From NCBI RefSeq assembly GCF_964000115.1, contig NZ_CAXEWW010000005.1: DNA of 64,000 nt. One strand, written 5' to 3'. The translations under genes were made by a program, and so were the position numbers. The stretch is from an uncultured Polaribacter sp. Its GTDB lineage: Bacteria; Bacteroidota; Bacteroidia; Flavobacteriales; Flavobacteriaceae. The number at the start of each line of letters is the position of its first letter. Position 1 is the first letter of the stretch. The notes beneath the pieces are model-generated. The model saw only the letters and a list, made by a program, of their open reading frames with translations. It searched no databases and was not told the origin of the DNA. Below are positions 47,836 to 56,509 of the stretch, piece by piece.

Positions 47836-49248
47836 ATGTCAAATACAAATAAAGTTCATTTTGGTCAAAAAGTAGCATTCGGTTTAGGAATGCTCGCAAA
47901 TCAGATGTTTCCTGCAGCCATGGGAATATTTTTTGTAGTGTTGGTAGAAGATCTTGGTTTTTCAACTACGATGTGGGCAGTTTTATATTTTGCACCGAGA
48001 TTATTTGATGCCATTACAGACCCTATTATGGGCTTTATCTCAGACAATACAAAATCACGCTGGGGAAGAAGAAGGCAATATGTATTTATTGGTGCTTTAA
48101 TTATGGGAATAACGTTTATATTTATGTGGCAGCTTTACAAAGATAATGGCTTAGAATATAATTTCTATTACTTTCTATGTACTTCCTTAATCTTTTATTT
48201 CGGGATGACAATTTTTAGTGTTCCGTATGTTGCGATGGGCTATGAAATGAGTGATGATTTTCATGAGCGTACAAATATCATGGCTGTATCACAGTGGATC
48301 GGACAATGGGCGTGGATAATTGCACCATGGTTTTGGGTAATTATGTATGACCAAGATTGGTTTGCATCAGGAGAAGTGGCAACAAGATCTTTAGCAGCTT
48401 GGGTGGGGCTTATTTGCATGGTATTAGCAATGGTACCTGCTTTATTCATAAAAAGTAAATCCACATTAGAAGAAGATTACGAGCCTTTAAATACAAAGAA
48501 TATTGGAAATAGTCTGAGGTTTATTAGAGATGGTTTTAAGGAAGCTTTTAAAATACCACAATTTAAAAAATTATGTTATGCTACTTTTTTAATCTTCAAT
48601 GCTTTTAATACGATTGCCGGATTCTCATTTTTTATAATTGTATACTATATGTTTAATGGAGATGCGGGAGCTGCCGGGCTTTGGCCAACATTAAATGGTT
48701 GTATTGGTGCATTGATTACCACGTTTGCTGTAATTCCTATTATAACTAAGATGTCAAAGAAAATGGGAAAAAAGAAAGCATTTTTAGTTTCTCAATCCAT
48801 TTCAATAATTGGTTATATTCTATTTTGGTTTTTATTTATCCCAGGAAAGCCTTACTTATTCTTGATCGCTTTGCCTTTCTTTTCATTCGGAATTGGAGGA
48901 TTGTTTACATTAATGATGTCCATGACATCTGATGTAATTGATTTAGATGAATTGAACACAGGAAAAAGAAGAGAAGGGACCTTCGGAGCCATTTATTGGT
49001 GGATGGTAAAATTTGGGTTTGCTATCGCCGGCCTATTGACCGGTGTAATTATGGGTTTTGTAGGTTTTGATCCTGGTGCAGCAACGCAGCCAGCAGGCGC
49101 TATAACTGGGCTTCGTTTATTTTATTCTGGGTTACCAATTGTAGGTACCTTATTAGCAATTTATATTATGCGAGACTATGACTTAACTGAAGAGAAAGCG
49201 AGAGCGGTAAGTGCAGAGTTAGAAAAAAGAAATACTTTAAAAGAGTAA
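47836..49248 (+). CDS. GPH-family (glycoside-pentoside-hexuronide:cation) MFS symporter (470 aa)
   Basis: Twelve hydrophobic segments and the sodium:galactoside symporter-like signature DAITDPIMGFISDNTKSRWGRRRQY. Lies 4 nt after the GH30 stop. Confidence 0.85.
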   Translation: MSNTNKVHFGQKVAFGLGMLANQMFPAAMGIFFVVLVEDLGFSTTMWAVLYFAPRLFDAITDPIMGFISDNTKSRWGRRRQYVFIGALIMGITFIFMWQLYKDNGLEYNFYYFLCTSLIFYFGMTIFSVPYVAMGYEMSDDFHERTNIMAVSQWIGQWAWIIAPWFWVIMYDQDWFASGEVATRSLAAWVGLICMVLAMVPALFIKSKSTLEEDYEPLNTKNIGNSLRFIRDGFKEAFKIPQFKKLCYATFLIFNAFNTIAGFSFFIIVYYMFNGDAGAAGLWPTLNGCIGALITTFAVIPIITKMSKKMGKKKAFLVSQSISIIGYILFWFLFIPGKPYLFLIALPFFSFGIGGLFTLMMSMTSDVIDLDELNTGKRREGTFGAIYWWMVKFGFAIAGLLTGVIMGFVGFDPGAATQPAGAITGLRLFYSGLPIVGTLLAIYIMRDYDLTEEKARAVSAELEKRNTLKE

Positions 49249-49685
49249 TACTGTTTCTTAACGTCCATCGGAATCATATTTATTGAGTTTTTGTAGTTTC
49301 TCTATTTTATGAGTTAAAGCAAGGTAAAATATGCAAATACCTTCTTAAAATTATTGGTGTGGTATTTTTGCTTAAAATATCCAATAGTTATTCTGGTATC
49401 CTAGAGGTAAATGCTCTTACTTCATAAAAAAAGCGGCGTGCAGAAAAAATATGGTATTACTTTAAAAAAAGCCTGCCCTCTTGTTAAGAGGATCATACTA
49501 ATTTATAAAAGAACATCTATATTAGTCATTATTACAAACAAGGATACTAGGGGCTTAAGGAAAATAAAAAAACAACTATTTTAAAAGTCAATTAGAATAT
49601 CTTATTTATTCCGTTTTTGGTGATTGTTTTTTTCAAAGACTTCTTAATTAAATGCAGAAATTCATATATTTAGTGCCTAAATGCG

Positions 49686-51803
49686 ATGTACGTGCGGCAA
49701 CTATATAAAACTACGTTTCTTTTTTCTATAATTTTTTTTCTGAATTCTTGTGATAGCAAGAATATTAAGAACAATGCAGGGAATGAATTAAAAAAGGAAA
49801 CAAGTCCTTATTTATTGCAGCATGCATACAATCCAGTGAATTGGAAAGCATGGAATCCAAAAACTTTAGCACTCGCTAAAAAAGAAAATAAGTTACTGGT
49901 TATTTCAGTGGGTTACTCTGCGTGCCATTGGTGTCATGTAATGGAGGAAGAGAGTTTTGAAAATGATTCTATTGCGGAGATTATGAATGCAAATTTCATC
50001 AGTATTAAAGTAGACAGAGAAGAGCGGCCGGATGTAGATAAAGTCTATATGAATGCGGTGCAACTAATGACAGGGAGCGGAGGTTGGCCTTTAAACTGTA
50101 TTGCACTTCCCGATGGACGGCCTATTTTTGGGGGTACTTATTTCCCAAAAGAACAATGGTCAAAAATTTTAATAAGTATTTCTAAGCTCTACAAAGAGCA
50201 GCCTGAGAAGGCCATCAAATTTGCAGAAAGTCTAACGAAAGGAATTCAAGAATCTCAGTTAATTCCTTTGAATAAAGCGACTCCAATATTTACAGCGGCA
50301 GAAGCGGTGGCAGCTGTAGCTGTTTGGAAAACACAAGTAGATACTATTTATGGTGGATTTAAAGGTGCTCCTAAATTCCCAATGCCAAACTCTTTGGATT
50401 TTTTAGTGCGGTACGGCTATCAATTTAAGGATAAGTCTGTAGATAAATATGTAAATACTGCACTAACAAAAATTGCATATGGTGGCATTTATGACCAAAT
50501 TTCTGGTGGATTTTCGAGATATTCAGTAGATGAAAAATGGCACATTCCGCATTTTGAAAAAATGCTGTATGACAATGCACAATTGGTAAGTGTGTATGCG
50601 AAGGCATATTCAAAAGAAAAAAATAATTTGTACCAAGAGGTAGTCACTGAGACATTGCGTTTTGTGCAAGAAGAGTTAACGGCAGAAAATGGCGCATTTT
50701 ATTCTTCTCTAGATGCAGACAGTAAAAATAAAATAGGAGAAAAAGAAGAAGGCGCTTTTTATAAGTGGACCTTAGAAGAACTACAATTAAGTATCGAAAA
50801 TGACTTTGAGTTGTTCAAAGAATTTTACAACGTCAATACTTTTGGCTTTTGGGAGAAAGATAAATACGTATTGATACGAAATACATCAAAAGAAACCTTT
50901 GCATTCAAACACAAGCTTTCATTACAAGGCTTAAATGAAACAATTAGTATTTGGAAAAATAGCTTAAAAATAGCAAGAAATAAAAGGAGTAAACCCAGCT
51001 TAGATGACAAGGTACTCACCTCGTGGAATGCTTTGATGCTGCAAGGATATATAGACGCTTATCGCGCCTTTGGAGATGCAGCCTATTTAGAAAGTGCGCT
51101 GAGAAATGCAAACTTTTTGATGAATACGCAACAAAGGAAAGAGGGTGGTTTGAATCGGAATTTTAAGAGTGGAGCCAGTACAATCAATGCCTATTCTGAG
51201 GATTATGCAACCGTAATACAGTCTTTAATTTCACTATACGAGGTTACTTTAGATGAGCAATGGCTGCTGCATGCAAAAGAGTTAACGGAGTATCTCTTTA
51301 CTAATTTTTTTGACGCAACTAATAAAATGTTTCATTTTACATCTAAAAAAGATGAAAATTTAATTGCAAAAAAATACGAGGTAATTGATGGCGTAATTCC
51401 CGCTTCTAACTCTATTATTGCCAATAACCTTTTTAAGTTAGGGCATTATTATAGTAATAAGAAGTACTTAAAGACCGCAGAGCAGATGCTCAATAACGTA
51501 AAGGAGGCACTTTTAAAAAATCCCGGTAATTATAGCAATTGGATGCATTTAATGGTTCATTTTTCAAAACCTTTCTACGAGGTAGTGATTGCTGGAGAAA
51601 ATGCATTAGAAGTGCACAGGGAACTGATTAGGAACTATTTCCCCAATATTTTAATAGCAGGGACTTTAAAGGAAAATAATACAGTACCGCTAATAGCGTA
51701 TAAATTTAATGGCCCCGAAACTTTTATTTATGTCTGCGTAAATGGAACGTGTAAAAAGCCAGAGACAATATTGCAGAATGCAATCTTAAATATTAAAAGG
51801 TAA
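49686..51803 (+). CDS. Thioredoxin-fold DUF255 / YyaL-like protein with (alpha/alpha)6-type C-terminal region (705 aa)
   Basis: The motif VGYSACHWCHVMEEESF (CxxC-type) with RPDVDKVYM is typical of DUF255. The N-terminus has a lipobox-like FLNSC. Confidence 0.75.
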   Translation: MYVRQLYKTTFLFSIIFFLNSCDSKNIKNNAGNELKKETSPYLLQHAYNPVNWKAWNPKTLALAKKENKLLVISVGYSACHWCHVMEEESFENDSIAEIMNANFISIKVDREERPDVDKVYMNAVQLMTGSGGWPLNCIALPDGRPIFGGTYFPKEQWSKILISISKLYKEQPEKAIKFAESLTKGIQESQLIPLNKATPIFTAAEAVAAVAVWKTQVDTIYGGFKGAPKFPMPNSLDFLVRYGYQFKDKSVDKYVNTALTKIAYGGIYDQISGGFSRYSVDEKWHIPHFEKMLYDNAQLVSVYAKAYSKEKNNLYQEVVTETLRFVQEELTAENGAFYSSLDADSKNKIGEKEEGAFYKWTLEELQLSIENDFELFKEFYNVNTFGFWEKDKYVLIRNTSKETFAFKHKLSLQGLNETISIWKNSLKIARNKRSKPSLDDKVLTSWNALMLQGYIDAYRAFGDAAYLESALRNANFLMNTQQRKEGGLNRNFKSGASTINAYSEDYATVIQSLISLYEVTLDEQWLLHAKELTEYLFTNFFDATNKMFHFTSKKDENLIAKKYEVIDGVIPASNSIIANNLFKLGHYYSNKKYLKTAEQMLNNVKEALLKNPGNYSNWMHLMVHFSKPFYEVVIAGENALEVHRELIRNYFPNILIAGTLKENNTVPLIAYKFNGPETFIYVCVNGTCKKPETILQNAILNIKR

Positions 51804-52039
51804 TTGCTGTTGTGTTTTTATTTCAAATAAAATAAAAGGAATATAAATTCTTTTTAGTACTTATGAAACAGGCATGGTTGAGTTATTAATGAAATTTAAT
51901 AAAACAATTTAAAGAACTTCCGTAAAAAGAACTTAAAGAACGTATTTTTGCAGTGTATAAACTCTTTTTATAGAAATGACCTGAAAAGAGACCTCTGAAT
52001 TCTTTTAGGAAGGTTGAAGTAAACAATTAGAAAAAACGC

Positions 52040-52600
52040 ATGGGAACACCAACACATAATTATGTTTTTAAGGCATTAGAAAGTTACCCTTACGATTTAG
52101 AAGAGGTAATGGAAGCATTAAACTATGCACTCTCTTATGACGAGAAAGATACCATGGCTTTGACCTTGATGGGAAGAGTCTATGGAGAGAAATTATATAA
52201 ATATGACGAGGCGATCCTTTATTTTAAGCAGGCTTTAGCAGAAAATATACGAGCTTTTGAAGCGTACATTCCTTACATTAACACCTTGTTATGGAATGAA
52301 GATTATAAGGAAGCTGAGGAGTTTATAGATTTTGGACTTACCGTAAAAGGTGCCGATAAAGCTTTTTTATATTTAAAGAAGGCAAACCTATACGAACAAT
52401 TAAAAGCATATGATAAAGCGCTGGAATGTGTAGAGTTGGCAAAAGAATATACTTTTAATACTGATTTTATGGCAGATATTGTTATTGAAAAGGATAGAAT
52501 AAAAGGCAAGATGCCTAAAAAAATAAAAGCAAAGCTAGAAGGACAAGAAAAAAGGAAAGCTAAAATCGCTAAAAAGCTTAAAAAAAGTAAGAAACAATAA
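52040..52600 (+). CDS. TPR-like protein with poly-Lys C-terminal tail (186 aa)
   Basis: Helical repeat pattern (YDEAILYFKQAL, YDKALECVELA). The tail is KGKMPKKIKAKLEGQEKRKAKIAKKLKKSKKQ. Confidence 0.5.
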   Translation: MGTPTHNYVFKALESYPYDLEEVMEALNYALSYDEKDTMALTLMGRVYGEKLYKYDEAILYFKQALAENIRAFEAYIPYINTLLWNEDYKEAEEFIDFGLTVKGADKAFLYLKKANLYEQLKAYDKALECVELAKEYTFNTDFMADIVIEKDRIKGKMPKKIKAKLEGQEKRKAKIAKKLKKSKKQ

Positions 52601-52649
52601 GAGTATTCAATTTTTAAGGTTTTCTCTTCTGAATTGTAAATTCTAGGAG

Positions 52650-53006
52650 CTAATTTAAAATTTGGTTTTCTTTTACTCGAAAACAGCGCTCTTCTCCCAA
52701 GTGCAAAGGGTTGCCGTATTCCTCAGACCAAAAGCCATCCAATACATCTTTAGAAATACAACGGTAGACAACCACGCCTTTATAGATATTGCTTTCATCT
52801 CCTTGGTACTGGAAGTTAATGGCTAGTATGTTGTCTTTAAAAAAACCGATTCCAAATTGCGGTTGACTTTTATTAATCATCCATTTTGCGGCAACTCTCC
52901 GGTGTTCGTCTAATGTTAGTTCTAAGCTTCCTGTATAGGTATCTTCAGTTGCGTCCTGGTTGCTACCAAGAATTTGAAACCGTCCTACCAAATCCTCAAT
53001 ATTCAT
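52650..53006 (-). CDS. Hypothetical protein (118 aa)
   Basis: Clean ORF convergent with the TPR gene, beta-rich composition, no motif recognised. Confidence 0.45.
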   Translation of the reverse strand: MNIEDLVGRFQILGSNQDATEDTYTGSLELTLDEHRRVAAKWMINKSQPQFGIGFFKDNILAINFQYQGDESNIYKGVVVYRCISKDVLDGFWSEEYGNPLHLGEERCFRVKENQILN

Positions 53007-53130
53007 AACTTACTGTCTTTTTGTTAGCAAAGATATGAGAAATGGATTTAGAATGAATGCATTAAAAAGAGCTATTTGCGATGCTGTTTATAAATTTTTT
53101 TAAAAGGTTCAACGTTTAATTGTGTTTTCC

Positions 53131-53138
53131 TATATTTG
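53131..53138 (+). promoter_or_regulatory. Candidate -7 promoter box TATATTTG for the second PUL regulator
   Basis: Exact TAnnTTTG match 44 nt upstream of the ATG at 53182. Confidence 0.4.
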
Positions 53139-53181
53139 AGTTTTATAACCTTACAAACAATGATCAATACCGATATTAAGA

Positions 53182-56052
53182 ATGTTTAGAAGATTAATTT
53201 TAATTTTTTCTTTATGTTTTGGAGCACCAATATGGAGTCAATTCTCGAATGCTCCGGGAACACCTATTATCATCAATTTCACAGAAGAGGCAGTTAATAA
53301 CGATTTAACTACGTATGATATTTCTCAAAACCAGAATGGTATTATGTATTTCGCAACTCCTAGCGGGCTGTTAGAGTTTGACGGGGTTCGGTGGAAAAAT
53401 TATGTCCACGAATTAGAATCGGATTTGCGTGCTGTTTTATATAAGGACGCGCAGCATATATATACTGCAGGCCATGGAGGTTTTGGATATTGGGGAGTAA
53501 ATAGTGTTGGAGTCCTAGAGTATACAAGTCTTTTTTTGAAATTACCGAAAAAAAAAGCACCACTATTACCCATGTTTTCTAGAATTATAGAAATTAATGG
53601 TAAAATTATTTTTCAATCTTTTCAGCAGATATTTATATACAATCCGATGACAGATGAGTTGAATACAATTCATGCAAAGAAAGGGTTTAACTTTATTTTT
53701 TATTCGCAAGGGCGTGTTTTTATTCAGGAGACTGGAATTGGTCTTTTTGAATTAAAAGGGAATGAATTACTCTTGGTGAAAGGCACTGAAGATACTGCGT
53801 TACATATCTTGAATGTATTTGTTAAAAAGAAAAATGAATTATTAGTAGTGACTAAGAATAACGGTTTTTGGTCTTTGAAAGATGCAGTGTTCAAGAAAAA
53901 AAAATGGAAAATAAATACGGTTATTGAAAAGCATTTAGTCAACGATATTAAGGTGTTTCAAAAAGATAAATTCGTAATTGGAACCTTAAGAAAAGGGGTC
54001 TATGTAGTTTCATCTCAAGGAAAAGTTTTAATACATCAGGAAAAGAGCAATGGACTCCTAGAAAACACCATTCGAAAAATTTTTATAGACCAAAACGAAA
54101 ACATTTGGTTGGGGATGGATAATGGATTAAGTTATCTTCAAATTAGTAGTAACACGAGTTACTTGTTAGATTATGAAGGTGCTTTTGGGACCGTGTACAC
54201 GAGTCACTTAGAAGGCACTTCCCTATACTTAGGAACCAATCAAGGGCTTTTTGTTAAAAAGACTGGGGTGCCTAATGCTAGGATAGATCTAATAGATAAC
54301 AGCATTGGACAAATTTGGGAAATAGAAAAGATTGATGATCAAATTTTAGTGGGTTCACATCAAGGAGTTTCTATTTTAGAAAATAAAAAACTAAAGTTAT
54401 TGTATAAAGAAGGAGGTGCTTGGGTATTTAAAAAGCATCCAAAATTAAAGGATGTTCTTTATGTTGGTTTTTATTCAGGGATTGCAGTATTTAAACGTAT
54501 TAATGGAAATTGGGTTTTTGAAAAGAAATGGAATAATTATGGAGAGTCATCTCGCTTTATAGCTTTTGACAAGTATGGCGATTTATGGGTTACGCATCCA
54601 GCGAAAGGTTACTATCGATTGTCCTTATCTGAAGATGGATTGAATCTTGAAAATTATGAATTTTATGGCATCAGTAATAAGCAAGTAGCTACCTATGCTT
54701 ATATCTGTAAGATTGATGAAGACTTGGTTTTTTATAATCCGAAAGGATATTTTAGTTATGATCCTATTGATAATTCTTTTGTTCCTCAAAAATACAGTGC
54801 CCAGTTATTTAAAAATATAAACGGTATTAATAGTATAGTTCAAAATGGAAATGTTTTTTGGTATTCTACTCCGAAAGAGATTGGATATATTTTAAGAGCT
54901 AGGAATCGTTTTAATAACGTGCGGAATCCTTTTTACTCGATACGGAATAAACATTTAAATGATTTTAATAAGTTTGAAAAGATTAATGATTCGGTAGTTG
55001 GCTTGGGAATTAATAATGGCATCGTTTTTCACAATATTAATACATCAGATATTGAATTAGAAAAAGAGGTTCCAATCATACGATCTATTCAGTTTATTAG
55101 TAAGACAGACACGCTTACTTCGCGTTTAAGCGGACGAGAGTTGAAGAACATACCGAATGATAACAATTTCTTAAAAATAGCGATTGCATTGCCAAAAACA
55201 CCACTTGCAAATTCGTATAAAATTCAATACAAATTAAATGGATTAAATACATCGTGGTCGGATTGGCAATTTGTTTCGGAACTTAGTTTCCCTGGGTTAA
55301 CGCCGGGAGATTACACGCTAGAATTGAGGTCTGGTGGCGAAGGTGAAGCAACATCAGATACAATACGTAAAGAATTTCATATTAATTCGCCCTGGTACTT
55401 AACAAAACGAGTCTTTGCTTTTTATGCGATACTACTTCTTGGTGGGCACGGATTGTACCGATTGTATTTTAAAAATAAAAATTTAAAACAAATTCGTACT
55501 TTAAAACAAATAGAATTAGATAAAAGAAAATCGCAAGAAGAGAAGTTTAAATTGGATAAGCTGGAGTCTGAACGGGAATTGCTGTTGCTAAGAGAAGAGA
55601 ATTTAGGTTTAGAGATAAAAAAGAAGGACGCGGCACTTGCATCAGCGACCTTAAATAATATAAAGAAAAATGAACTACTTACAGGTTTGGTAATTGATAT
55701 TAATAAAATTGACAATGAGTTGTTAAATAGTTCATTACATCTGCCTGTGAAAAAGGTAATAAAAAAAATAAAGAGTAATTTATTAAACAAGGAAGATTGG
55801 TTAACCTTTCAATTACACTTCAACAATTTGCATGCTCAGTTTTTTGATAAATTAAGAGAAAAACACCCAGATTTATCCTCGAATGAAATTAAGCTAAGTG
55901 CTTATTTAAAATTAAATCTTTCTTCAAAGGAAATTGCTGCTTTGATGCATGTAGCAATCACCAGTGTTGAGCAAGGGCGATATAGGTTGCGCAAAAAAAT
56001 TAATTTAAACAAAGATGTGAACCTCGTTAATTATATTCAGGATATTTCATAA
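53182..56052 (+). CDS. Second membrane-tethered propeller/Y_Y_Y-LuxR one-component regulator, paralog of 29135..31948 (956 aa)
   Basis: Same architecture as the first: signal peptide, propeller blades (LGMDNGLSYL, LGTNQGLFV), a Y_Y_Y-like region (YKIQYKLNG...YTLELRS), a TM helix (VFAFYAILLLGGHGLYRLYF) and a coiled coil. HTH is LSSNEIKLSAYLKLNLSSKEIAALMHVAITSVEQGRYRLRKKI. Confidence 0.8.
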   Translation: MFRRLILIFSLCFGAPIWSQFSNAPGTPIIINFTEEAVNNDLTTYDISQNQNGIMYFATPSGLLEFDGVRWKNYVHELESDLRAVLYKDAQHIYTAGHGGFGYWGVNSVGVLEYTSLFLKLPKKKAPLLPMFSRIIEINGKIIFQSFQQIFIYNPMTDELNTIHAKKGFNFIFYSQGRVFIQETGIGLFELKGNELLLVKGTEDTALHILNVFVKKKNELLVVTKNNGFWSLKDAVFKKKKWKINTVIEKHLVNDIKVFQKDKFVIGTLRKGVYVVSSQGKVLIHQEKSNGLLENTIRKIFIDQNENIWLGMDNGLSYLQISSNTSYLLDYEGAFGTVYTSHLEGTSLYLGTNQGLFVKKTGVPNARIDLIDNSIGQIWEIEKIDDQILVGSHQGVSILENKKLKLLYKEGGAWVFKKHPKLKDVLYVGFYSGIAVFKRINGNWVFEKKWNNYGESSRFIAFDKYGDLWVTHPAKGYYRLSLSEDGLNLENYEFYGISNKQVATYAYICKIDEDLVFYNPKGYFSYDPIDNSFVPQKYSAQLFKNINGINSIVQNGNVFWYSTPKEIGYILRARNRFNNVRNPFYSIRNKHLNDFNKFEKINDSVVGLGINNGIVFHNINTSDIELEKEVPIIRSIQFISKTDTLTSRLSGRELKNIPNDNNFLKIAIALPKTPLANSYKIQYKLNGLNTSWSDWQFVSELSFPGLTPGDYTLELRSGGEGEATSDTIRKEFHINSPWYLTKRVFAFYAILLLGGHGLYRLYFKNKNLKQIRTLKQIELDKRKSQEEKFKLDKLESERELLLLREENLGLEIKKKDAALASATLNNIKKNELLTGLVIDINKIDNELLNSSLHLPVKKVIKKIKSNLLNKEDWLTFQLHFNNLHAQFFDKLREKHPDLSSNEIKLSAYLKLNLSSKEIAALMHVAITSVEQGRYRLRKKINLNKDVNLVNYIQDIS

Positions 56053-56318
56053 TGCAGTTAACGGTCATTTTACCGTCATTATTTTCAAGCTTTTTTATAT
56101 TTATTTAAAAATTAAGACCTGCACATTTCTTAGGAATTTGCAGTTTTTTTTTGCAAAAAAGATTTAAGAAGGTGCTTTTTCTGGAGTTTTATATGTAACG
56201 GAACACTAAAGATAAAATCTATAAATATAAGGGTGTTGAAAATAACAATTCATTTATGTAGGAGTAATAAAAATCGTAAATGTATTGAAAATGTGGTTTT
56301 TATAATTTTTAACAAAGA

Positions 56319-56362
56319 TTTTGTAGAGGTATTTTTTGGGGGGTATTAGTTTTTGTAGAGGT
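56319..56362 (+). promoter_or_regulatory. Exact 12-nt direct repeat TTTTGTAGAGGT (56319-56330 and 56351-56362) in the leader of the second PUL
   Basis: Two identical copies 32 nt apart. The first is followed by ATTTTTTGGGG, mirroring TTTTATAGGGGTCTTTTTTGCGG upstream of the first susC. Confidence 0.45.
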
Positions 56363-56509
56363 TAATTAATTGCTAAAAACATTCTTTTTAGACATCTTTG
56401 TTTTTGATGAAATCAGATAAAAGAGGAATACAAATGTAACGCTCAATACTCATGATCAGAACATCAGAATTAAAAAAAACCTTTAGTTGTTTAATTTAAA
56501 TTATGTATT

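Noticed and set aside
49288-49409. Partial matches to the PUL motif core (TTTTTGTAG at 49288; TAGAGGTA at 49402)
   Set aside because: Only 8-9 nt are shared. TTTTGTAG also occurs in coding DNA, for example near 27055. They are too short to count as sites without a statistical scan.
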